This document shows, piece by piece, positions 1 to 8,237 of a DNA stretch of 64,000 nt. The notes beneath the pieces were generated by a model. That model did no database searches. It was not told the DNA's origin and was given only the letters and a program-made list of their open reading frames with translations. This stretch comes from Candidatus Caccoplasma merdipullorum (GTDB lineage Bacteria > Bacteroidota > Bacteroidia > Bacteroidales > G3-4614), in NCBI GenBank assembly GCA_017694415.1, contig JADIMW010000003.1, positions 13,292 to 77,291 on the forward strand, given 5' to 3'. Position numbers and translations under genes: made by a program. The number at the start of each line of letters is the position of its first letter. The first letter of the stretch is position 1.

Positions 1-759
1 GTCGGGTATCTCTTCCGTTACTTCTACTTCGTCGAACCGTATTTGCGGGTATAGCTGGTTTTTCCTGATTACGAATCCGTATTTCAGAGGGTCTTTCATA
101 ACGGCTTTCATCGCCATAAGTCGGAATATATACCGCGAAGTTTCATCATTCAGCCATAAATCGAATGCGTGTTCTTGAACTTGCTTGTCGAGTTCGGTGG
201 AGATTCTCCCCTGCCCTGCATTATACGATGCGGCGGCGGTTATCCAGCTTCCGTATCTTTTGTATGCCGACTTCAGGTATTTGCATGCGGCACGGGTTGC
301 TTTTATTATGTGATAGCGTTCATCTACATAGTCGGAGACTTCTAGACCGAGGCTTTTTCCCGTCGAGGGCATTATCTGCCACATTCCTGCGGCTTTTGCC
401 GGGGATACGGCTCTCGGGTTGAGGTAACTCTCTATTACCGCAAGATACAGGAAATCTTCGGGAACGCCCATTTCATCCAATATCGGTTTGAGTATCGGGA
501 AATACCTGTTCGCCCTTTTTATTACAAGCAGCGTGTTGGTATGGTTGAAACAGAATCCTGTCAGTTCTCTGTCGAAGCGTTCCCGAATGTCGAAACGGTC
601 GAGCACGACGGTTTCTCCCGCCCATTCGTAAGTAGCCGGTATTTCGGGGGTTGCGGAGAACGCCGAGACCATACTGCGGGTATCGTATTGCGATACGGCA
701 TTCTGCACCGATGCCGCAGCGACGAACAGTATTAAAACAATAATCTTTTTATATCGCAT
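1..759 (-). CDS. lytic transglycosylase (SLT/MltD-like catalytic domain); 3' end cut by the window edge
   Basis: Absent from the ORF track because it runs off the window. My minus-strand translation from ATG 759-757 gives MRYKKIIVLILFVAAASVQNA (signal peptide). It then gives the SLT block AVIESYLNPRAVSPAKAAGMWQIMPSTGK and AASYNAGQGR. The frame is open to position 1 (253 codons). Confidence 0.85.
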   Translation of the reverse strand, partial: MRYKKIIVLILFVAAASVQNAVSQYDTRSMVSAFSATPEIPATYEWAGETVVLDRFDIRERFDRELTGFCFNHTNTLLVIKRANRYFPILKPILDEMGVPEDFLYLAVIESYLNPRAVSPAKAAGMWQIMPSTGKSLGLEVSDYVDERYHIIKATRAACKYLKSAYKRYGSWITAAASYNAGQGRISTELDKQVQEHAFDLWLNDETSRYIFRLMAMKAVMKDPLKYGFVIRKNQLYPQIRFDEVEVTEEIPD

Positions 760-763
760 GTTT

Positions 764-2071
764 TCAGTTCCTTCCTCTTATTATATTTATATGGCCTTTC
801 AGTTTGTATTCGTTACCGTCGGAGCCTCTTGCCTGTATTACATAGAAATATACCCCGGGAGGGGCGAGTTTTCCGTGATAATATCCGTCCCAGCCCATTG
901 CCGGGTCTTCGAAACGGCATACTTCCTGCCCCCAACGGTCGAAAATAACGCATTTGAATTCTACTATCGACTTGTACGCCACCCGCCATTCGTCGTTTAC
1001 TCCGGGTGATGCGCCGGGAGAAAATGCATTGGGGGCGTCGATATACGATTCGCTTATGGTTACGGTATATGTCTCGTATTCGCTGCACGTATTGTTCTCG
1101 GAATATAACCGTACGTAAACTGTTCCGGCATCTTTAAACGTATAGCTTAATTCATCTACCGGGTAGATTGCTTCTATTACGGGGTCGGGGTCGTCCGCTC
1201 CTGCCTCGCTGTGAAAAATCTGCCATGCCACGTAATTGTCTTCGTTTACGTATGCCTTGAAATTGACGGTTACGGGGGCGGAACCTCCGAGGACACCCGA
1301 TTCGAGCGACACTTCCAACTCGTTATCGGCCCTGCGGTCGGACTGTGTTACAGTGGAATGCAGGAATATGGCTCGCGGTTCGAATTCTTCGGCGGTAGAG
1401 ATTGCGGTTTCGACACTGCCCCAACTCTCGGGTATTTTATCGACTATCGTAAAGAGTGTTTTTTGATACGGGGATGTTACTACTATCTTGTCGTCGAGTT
1501 CGGGCACAACATCTTCTTCCACAAGAACGTCGGAGAGGGCAATCTGATTTTCTTCGTCCCATTCCCACGTATAGTATCTTACCGTACGGGGTACGGCATC
1601 CATACTTCCCGTTGTCGTATAATAGGGTATTGTTATCCCCTCTCCTGTTATTCGGGCAGACATGCAGATATTGGTATAGGAATAGTCGTTCTCGATATAT
1701 GAAACGGGGATATATGTGGAGACCCAAAAGCAATACGAACTGCCGCCCTGTTCTATTACGTATCCGCAATCGCGCGCCCCTCCGGAAAGGGTTATTTTGT
1801 TGCCCGTCTGTTGCGCTCCCGATGCGGGAAGTTTTGCAGAAGTTCCGGATGAGGTAAAGGTGTACATCTGCATACTTTCGTACGAGTCGGAGGTAAAGGT
1901 TATTGTCAGGTTGTCTATCGGGGATACTACATATACTCCCATATTCAAACCCGTTGAGAGTTCGTTGGGTGAGTATTTGTACGACCTTCCTCCGTTTATT
2001 TCGAGCGATGCGGCCGTAACCGGTAAATACAACACGGACAGTATGGCTGATATGATTATCTGTTTTTTCAT
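764..2071 (-). CDS. secreted protein with T9SS type B (gliding-motility-associated) C-terminal sorting domain
   Basis: 435-aa ORF with signal peptide MKKQIIISAILSVLYLPVTAAS. The last ~90 aa (APNAFSPG..NDEW..FDRWGQEV..GWDGYYHGKLAPPGVYFYVI..KGHINIIR) fit the type B CTD pattern. The stop lies 4 nt before the SLT gene ATG. Confidence 0.8.
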   Translation of the reverse strand: MKKQIIISAILSVLYLPVTAASLEINGGRSYKYSPNELSTGLNMGVYVVSPIDNLTITFTSDSYESMQMYTFTSSGTSAKLPASGAQQTGNKITLSGGARDCGYVIEQGGSSYCFWVSTYIPVSYIENDYSYTNICMSARITGEGITIPYYTTTGSMDAVPRTVRYYTWEWDEENQIALSDVLVEEDVVPELDDKIVVTSPYQKTLFTIVDKIPESWGSVETAISTAEEFEPRAIFLHSTVTQSDRRADNELEVSLESGVLGGSAPVTVNFKAYVNEDNYVAWQIFHSEAGADDPDPVIEAIYPVDELSYTFKDAGTVYVRLYSENNTCSEYETYTVTISESYIDAPNAFSPGASPGVNDEWRVAYKSIVEFKCVIFDRWGQEVCRFEDPAMGWDGYYHGKLAPPGVYFYVIQARGSDGNEYKLKGHINIIRGRN

Positions 2072-2469
2072 GTTCCGAGAATACGATATGCCGCCATGTC
2101 AATCGGCCTGCTAAGATAATAATTGTTCGGGAAATGAGACACATGTTTCGCCCGAAACAGGTTGCGCTTTTATTTGGCTTTCCGTATATGAGAAATAACG
2201 TACATATACTCCCCGTAATTGCATCTGTTATCTTTTTTTTATAACTTCGCAGCCTGTAATACCGACAGTTAAAGTCGGCGCGACGTATTTGGCGAGGATA
2301 TTGTCAGAGCATATATATCAGTTGGTTATGCATCTGTTTTTCAGATATGCGGCCGGAATGCCTGCAATCCCGCAGAATATGTGATAGGCATTTTGCTTTG
2401 AGAACGCTGTTTGTGTCAGGGTTATACTGAAATTATAAAATAATTCGCCTCTACAATTTATATCGTCAA

Positions 2470-4344
2470 ATGAAATCTACCTTATTATCGTTAATCTCAG
2501 CCTTGATATTACTGTTTTCTTCTGCTTTTTCGGCATTGGCCGAGGAGTACCAGACGACGACAGTGAAAGGCACTGAGTGTTACATCTACTACGTGAAACA
2601 GGGAGAGGGTTTTTACAGTTTGAATAAGAAGTTTGGAGTAACGCGCGACGAAGTTGTAAAATTCAACCCTTCGGCAAAAAACGGGCTGAACAGAGGTCAG
2701 AAACTATATATACCGATACCCGAAAATGCCAAACCCGACGCTTCTGCCGCCTCTTCAACCGTACATACGGTAAAGCAGGGTGAGAGCCTTTATTCAATAT
2801 CTAAGCAGTACAATACTACCGTAAGTGATATTATGGTGCTCAACGGCATGTCGTCATCGGCTCTGAAGGCGGGCGACAAACTTAAAATTCCGCAGGCAGG
2901 GTCAAACAGTTCTGCCGCAACGGAAAAGGCCGGAAGCGATATTCTGCAGAATGCAACTGCCGCTGCTCCATCCGAACCTGTAAAACAAAAGGAGGAAAAC
3001 ATTGCCATAATTAACGGCGAGAGGTACAGAACGGAGAAATATGTGGTTCAACGCAGGGAGACTTTGTACAGCATATCGCAGAAATTCAACACGTCGATAG
3101 ATAATATTCTGGCTTGCAACCCCGGGATAAAAAGCCTGTCCAAGGGGGATATCCTGAATATCCCGATGACAAAGGAGGTTATCAAGGTCGTTGATGAATA
3201 CAGGGCGGCGAACCAACCGATAACGGTTACTCCCGACCGGAATATGGCAGATGCCGATAAAAAAGACAAGAATCATATTAAGATTGCTGTTCTGTATCCG
3301 TTCAGGCTTAACGCGCCGACTCATCAATCCAAAGCGTTCCTGTCGTGTTACAAGGGTTTGTTGCTTGCTCTCGACAGCATGAAGCATGAAGGTTTGTCGG
3401 CCGAAGTTGTTGCGTTCGATACGGAAGGCAGCATTGAAAAAATAAAACAGATTTTAGAGTCTCCGAAACTGAAAGGGAGCGATATGATATTCGGCCCGGA
3501 TGACAAAGAGGGGATAAAACTCATAGGCGAATATGCCAAATACAACCAGATACTGCTTGTAAATTCTTTTTCGATAAACGATAATGAGGTTGCCGGCAAC
3601 AGATTTATCATACAGGGACATATTCCGAGTTCCTATTTCTACTCGACGGCAAGTAAGGCGTTGGCAAAATCGGCAGCAGATAAAGAAGTGGTGTTTTTGG
3701 TAGATAATTACGAGACTAACGATAAGAAGGAGTTTATAGAGAATCTGAGAGAGGAATTTAAAGCATCGGGAAAAGAGATAACCAAATTCAATTTCAACGA
3801 CGCATCGAACTTCAACGTACTTTCAAATTCACTGGAGAAAGGCGCCGATGTGATATTTATCGCTTCTTCATCGACTCGTAACGGTGTTGCAAAGACCACT
3901 GCTCTTTTAAGCAAGATAAAAGAGGCTCGCCCCGACCTTAACATGTCGCTGTTCGGATACCCTGAATGGCTGACATATACAAAAGATTATCTCGAAATTT
4001 TCCACAATCTCAACACAACAGTATTTTCAAGATTTTACATAAATACCAACGATGCTGCTTGGAAAGAGTTCTATCGCAACTTTCTCTATTGGTACGGAAG
4101 TTCGGCGGGATATTCTTTGCCTGCTACCGATGTTTTGGGATTTGATACCGGTATTTTCCTGCTGAAAGGCTATGCAAAATTCGGGAGCGGTCTGAGTCAA
4201 AACATTTCGTCGCTTCAATCGAACAGCATTCAAACCGATTTCAGTATGACCAGAATATCCGACAACGGAGGATATATAAACAAAAACATATACTTTGTAA
4301 ATTTCTCCCCGGAATTTAAAATATCTAAAAGCAGAGTTGAATAA
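2470..4344 (+). CDS. LysM-repeat protein fused to a periplasmic-binding-protein-like domain
   Basis: 624 aa with a signal peptide. Three LysM repeats are present (YYVKQGEGFYSLNKKFGV, HTVKQGESLYSISKQYNT, YVVQRRETLYSISQKFNT). About 370 aa resembling a type-1 periplasmic binding fold follow. Confidence 0.8.
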   Translation: MKSTLLSLISALILLFSSAFSALAEEYQTTTVKGTECYIYYVKQGEGFYSLNKKFGVTRDEVVKFNPSAKNGLNRGQKLYIPIPENAKPDASAASSTVHTVKQGESLYSISKQYNTTVSDIMVLNGMSSSALKAGDKLKIPQAGSNSSAATEKAGSDILQNATAAAPSEPVKQKEENIAIINGERYRTEKYVVQRRETLYSISQKFNTSIDNILACNPGIKSLSKGDILNIPMTKEVIKVVDEYRAANQPITVTPDRNMADADKKDKNHIKIAVLYPFRLNAPTHQSKAFLSCYKGLLLALDSMKHEGLSAEVVAFDTEGSIEKIKQILESPKLKGSDMIFGPDDKEGIKLIGEYAKYNQILLVNSFSINDNEVAGNRFIIQGHIPSSYFYSTASKALAKSAADKEVVFLVDNYETNDKKEFIENLREEFKASGKEITKFNFNDASNFNVLSNSLEKGADVIFIASSSTRNGVAKTTALLSKIKEARPDLNMSLFGYPEWLTYTKDYLEIFHNLNTTVFSRFYINTNDAAWKEFYRNFLYWYGSSAGYSLPATDVLGFDTGIFLLKGYAKFGSGLSQNISSLQSNSIQTDFSMTRISDNGGYINKNIYFVNFSPEFKISKSRVE

Positions 4345-5066
4345 TGAAACGCATCCTGACTCTTTTATTATTGCTGGTAGCCGTTTCGTCGGGTGCTGAT
4401 GCGCAGAAGAAAATAAGCAAGGAGCTGTTCTTGGGCGTTAAAGGCGGAACTACATGGTCGCGGCTTTCCATAAACCCGAACATAAAACAGACTTTCGGGA
4501 TGGGGTATCTCGGGGGCGTATCGATGCGTTATGCCGAAGAAAAGTTTTTCGGGGTAATAGTAGAGTTGAATTTCGCTCAACACGGTTGGAAAGAGGATTT
4601 TTCGGATGAAACGGCAAGTTATGATTATCGCCGTACGCTGAACTATATCGAACTTCCGTTTCTTGCCCATATTTATTTCGGGAACAAGGCTTTCCGTTTC
4701 TTTATAAACTTAGGGCCGCAAATAGGACTGTGCATCGGTGAAAATACCGTTTCGAATTTCAACTATGCCGAACCTCCTGCTTTTGATATAACAAGAGAGA
4801 CCCAACATTATACGAAAGGCGTTGAGCACCCGTTCGATTACGGATTGACCGGAGGCGGCGGGTTTGAAATAAGGATAAAGGAGAAACACGCCATACTTGT
4901 AGAAGCGAGATATTATTTCGGCTTGGGAGACATCTTCAACAACCGCAGTGCGGACTACTTTTCGGTATCGTCGAACCAAAGTATCCTGCTGTCGCTGTCG
5001 TACATGATAAATATTAAAAAGCACAAGCCTAAACCTGTACCGGTAAGAACGGATTTGATATATTGA
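4344..5066 (+). CDS. outer-membrane beta-barrel protein (PorT/OMP_b-brl-like)
   Basis: 240 aa. The signal peptide ends in SSGADAQ and the sequence shows an alternating beta-strand pattern. The ATG shares one base with the upstream stop (TAATG). Confidence 0.7.
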   Translation: MKRILTLLLLLVAVSSGADAQKKISKELFLGVKGGTTWSRLSINPNIKQTFGMGYLGGVSMRYAEEKFFGVIVELNFAQHGWKEDFSDETASYDYRRTLNYIELPFLAHIYFGNKAFRFFINLGPQIGLCIGENTVSNFNYAEPPAFDITRETQHYTKGVEHPFDYGLTGGGGFEIRIKEKHAILVEARYYFGLGDIFNNRSADYFSVSSNQSILLSLSYMINIKKHKPKPVPVRTDLIY

Positions 5067-5133
5067 ATATCAGTCCCGTCTCGGATGATGAACCTGTAAA
5101 ATTCCGGGCTTAACCCCGGACTTAATCATAAAG

Positions 5134-5172
5134 AAGGCAACGCCTCTCAAAATTCTGGTGTTGCCTTTTTTC
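5134..5172 (+). terminator. intrinsic terminator after the OMP gene
   Basis: Stem aaggcaac (5134-5141) pairs with gttgcctt (5160-5167). The loop is 18 nt and a T-run follows. Confidence 0.5.
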
Positions 5173-5249
5173 GCGTCCGTACAGAACGGTTGTCGAACTG
5201 TCGCAAAAGTTATTTTTCCGTCTGCCGTTTACTGCCGCAAGAATCCGGA

Positions 5250-6620
5250 TTACTTCTTTTTCATATTTGGCTGTTCCAATCCGTATCCTTTCTTTTTATT
5301 AACATATCGCAGTATGAAGGCAAACGACAATGCCACCATACCGATAGCGGCAAAGACTTGCATAGGCAGTGTATAATCGTATGCAACTGTATCGCCGACG
5401 ATTCCTGTTACGCAATATTTGTTCAGCAACCACCCGATTAGCACAGGACCACCCATCAATCCCCAGTTCTGTATCCAGAAGGTAATTGCATATGCTGTTC
5501 CGAGGTCTTTTTCTGCTACAATCTTCGGTATGGACGGCCACATGGCAGAAGGCAACAGCGAAACCGCAACTCCGAGCAGTATCATCAGCAGCATGGCAAA
5601 CCACCAGTAATTTAGTACAGGCAGTGCGAAAAAGATATGTACTGTCATCAATATAAATGCTCCTATAACCATAATCTCGGCTCCGTACCCGCGACGGTCA
5701 TATATTGAGCCGAACAACGGCGTCATTATCAGTGTTCCTATCGGCAACAATGCGGGAATAAATCCTGCCAGCGATTCTTTTACGCCGTATTTGTTTATCA
5801 TCAAATCGGGGGCGTATTTCAAAAACGGGAAAACCGCAGTATAGAAGAATACGCATAGTATCGTTATTATCCAGAATCCGGGATTCTTCAATACGTGCAA
5901 TATGTCGGAATACTTGAAAACGTCGGCTTTTGTTTCATTACTGCTGCCGTTCTCCTTATCCAGCATCCTGTCGTAAAAGGTATATAGGAAAAATCCCATC
6001 GTCCCTATACAGAGGATAAAGAGCGACAGAAGCAGGGGGAAGGATTCGGCTGTATCGCCGGGTATGCCGAAATATTCCGCAACGGGTAACGAAAATGCCA
6101 TTGCCAGCATGGTACCCAAACGGGCTGCCGCGACTTGTAACCCGAGCGCCAAAGCGAGTTCTTTTCCTTTAAACCATTTAACGGCTATCTTCGTGGCGGT
6201 TATATTTACCGTTTCACACCCCACCCCGAATATTGCAAAACCGAGCGATGCCAGCAGTACTTGCTTGTTTATTCCGAACAAATCGCCCTCTGCCGGAATG
6301 ATTCCCTTTATTGCGGCATATTTTATCGCCCCACCTATTAGCATTACAAGACAGGAAGCCATGCCTGTAAAACGGATTCCGGCTTTGTCGAGGAGTATCC
6401 CGCCGAATATTATCATCAGGAAAAAGACGTTGAACCAACTGAATGCGCCGGAAAAAAGTCCATATTCTGTACTTGTCCAGCTGAGTTCTCTTTCGAGTAC
6501 GGGTTTCAGCGGAGCCATTACATCGGTTATTATATATCCGCCGAGCATTGTAAAGGAGACGATGGCCAGTACGCTCCACCGAACGGCCGGTATCTCGTTG
6601 AGTTTTTTTTGTTGTACCAT
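5250..6620 (-). CDS. MFS transporter
   Basis: 456 aa with about 12 hydrophobic segments. An MFS loop motif LLDKAGIRF is present. The start is ATG. Confidence 0.85.
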   Translation of the reverse strand: MVQQKKLNEIPAVRWSVLAIVSFTMLGGYIITDVMAPLKPVLERELSWTSTEYGLFSGAFSWFNVFFLMIIFGGILLDKAGIRFTGMASCLVMLIGGAIKYAAIKGIIPAEGDLFGINKQVLLASLGFAIFGVGCETVNITATKIAVKWFKGKELALALGLQVAAARLGTMLAMAFSLPVAEYFGIPGDTAESFPLLLSLFILCIGTMGFFLYTFYDRMLDKENGSSNETKADVFKYSDILHVLKNPGFWIITILCVFFYTAVFPFLKYAPDLMINKYGVKESLAGFIPALLPIGTLIMTPLFGSIYDRRGYGAEIMVIGAFILMTVHIFFALPVLNYWWFAMLLMILLGVAVSLLPSAMWPSIPKIVAEKDLGTAYAITFWIQNWGLMGGPVLIGWLLNKYCVTGIVGDTVAYDYTLPMQVFAAIGMVALSFAFILRYVNKKKGYGLEQPNMKKK

Positions 6621-6635
6621 ATTGTTTCGGGGGGG

Positions 6636-8045
6636 TTACTTTCTTACGAAACGCAATACGTTTTCGACATGCTGTGTATGCGGGAACATGTCCACCGGCT
6701 GCACGCGGTCTATCGCATAACTGCAATTCAGCATGGCTGCATCGCGTGCCTGCGTGGCCGGATTGCAACTTACATATACAATCTTTTCGGGTGCTGCCGC
6801 AAGTATGGCCATTACTACATCTTCGTGCATTCCGGCACGAGGAGGGTCGGTTACTATTACGTCGGGACGTCCGTGCCGCTCTATAAAATCGAGCGTAAGG
6901 ATGTCTTTCATGTCGCCTGCATAAAAAAGAGTGTTGTCTATGCCGTTTATGGATGAGTTCTCTTTTGCATCTTCTATCGCCTCGGGCACATATTCTATCC
7001 CTATTACCTTACGGGCTTCGGAAGCGAGGAAATTGGCTATCGTGCCTGTCCCGGTGTAGAGGTCGTAAACGAGTTCGTTGCCTTTCAAATCGGCAAACTC
7101 CTTTACAGTGTTATAGAGCGTACAGGCTTGTTCGGAATTGGTTTGGTAAAAGGATTTCGGACCTATCTTGTAACGCAGGTTCTCCATCTTTTCGAATATG
7201 TGGTCGCAACCACTCCAGACCTTTATGTCCAAATCGGTTATCGTGTCGTTGCATTTTTCGTTTACGACATACATGAGGGAGGTTATTTGCGGAAAAGTAT
7301 CGGCAATATGCTCCATCATGGCCTTTATCTTGTCTATGTCGGAGGTGGAGAATATGACTATAAGCATTATCTCGCCTGTTGTCGCAGTACGTATTATTAT
7401 TCCACGCATGTCGCCGGTCTGCTGGCGCAGGTCGTAAAAGGCATATCCGTTGTCGATTGCGAATTTTTTTATATCGAGGCGAATGGCATCGGATACCGGA
7501 TCTTGAAGGTAACATTGACGTATGTCGAGAATCTTGTCGAACATACCCGGGATATGAAATCCGAGCGCATCGCGCGAGGTTATGATCTCGCCGCTCTCCA
7601 ATTCGGCACGTGTGAGCCATGACCTGTTTGAGAATGAAAATTCCAGCTTGTTACGGTAATAGTATTGTTTTGCCGACCCTTTTATGGGGGAGACTTGCGG
7701 AAGCTCTACCTTTCCTATGCGCTGCAGATTGTCTATTACCTGCTGTTGTTTGCATACAAGTTGCTCGTCGTACGACAGATGTTGCCAACGGCATCCGCCG
7801 CATACGCCGAAATGTCCGCATACGGGCTCTACTCTGTACGGCGATTTTTCTTTAAGGGCAACTATTTCCCCTTCGGCGTAATTGTGTTTTTTGCGTACTA
7901 TTTTTATATCGGCAACATCGCCCGGAGCGGCATACGGAACGAAAAGAACCATGTCGTCTATACGCGCCAAAGCCTTTCCTTCTGCCGCCACACCTGTTAT
8001 TTTAACGTTTTCCAATACCGGAAACTCTCTCTTTCTTCTTCCCAA
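6636..8045 (-). CDS. rlmD: 23S rRNA (uracil-C5)-methyltransferase RlmD/RumA family
   Basis: 469 aa with a TRAM-like N-terminus. The Fe-S cysteine cluster is CGHFGVCGGCRWQH. SAM methyltransferase motifs LYTGTGTIA, VTDPPRAG and VSCNPAT are present. The ORF-track start is TTG (caa at 8043-8045) with an in-frame TAA just upstream. Confidence 0.9.
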   Translation of the reverse strand: MGRRKREFPVLENVKITGVAAEGKALARIDDMVLFVPYAAPGDVADIKIVRKKHNYAEGEIVALKEKSPYRVEPVCGHFGVCGGCRWQHLSYDEQLVCKQQQVIDNLQRIGKVELPQVSPIKGSAKQYYYRNKLEFSFSNRSWLTRAELESGEIITSRDALGFHIPGMFDKILDIRQCYLQDPVSDAIRLDIKKFAIDNGYAFYDLRQQTGDMRGIIIRTATTGEIMLIVIFSTSDIDKIKAMMEHIADTFPQITSLMYVVNEKCNDTITDLDIKVWSGCDHIFEKMENLRYKIGPKSFYQTNSEQACTLYNTVKEFADLKGNELVYDLYTGTGTIANFLASEARKVIGIEYVPEAIEDAKENSSINGIDNTLFYAGDMKDILTLDFIERHGRPDVIVTDPPRAGMHEDVVMAILAAAPEKIVYVSCNPATQARDAAMLNCSYAIDRVQPVDMFPHTQHVENVLRFVRK

Positions 8046-8149
8046 TTTATCGCTGTTTTAGTTAAAAATCGACCAAAGGTACACATATTCGGCGAAATTC
8101 GTGTCATCTGTATATTTTTAACACCAATTTAAAAAATATTAGGTATGGC

Positions 8150-8181
8150 GTTGCAAAATAGATAATAAAAGATTACTTTTG
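8150..8181 (+). promoter_or_regulatory. Bacteroidetes-type promoter for ppdK
   Basis: The -7 box TACTTTTG (8174-8181) matches TAnnTTTG. A -33-like gTTG sits at 8150-8153 with a 20-nt spacer. The box lies 57 nt upstream of the ATG. Confidence 0.5.
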
Positions 8182-8237
8182 TAAAATATCGAAACATAAA
8201 TTACTCGTTTAATTTAACAACTATATTTCTAAACAAA

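Noticed and set aside
1437-2144. A 235-aa minus-strand ORF in another frame of the T9SS cargo gene.
   Set aside because: It overlaps the 435-aa ORF, which has a signal peptide and a CTD. The alternative frame is Arg-rich and featureless.
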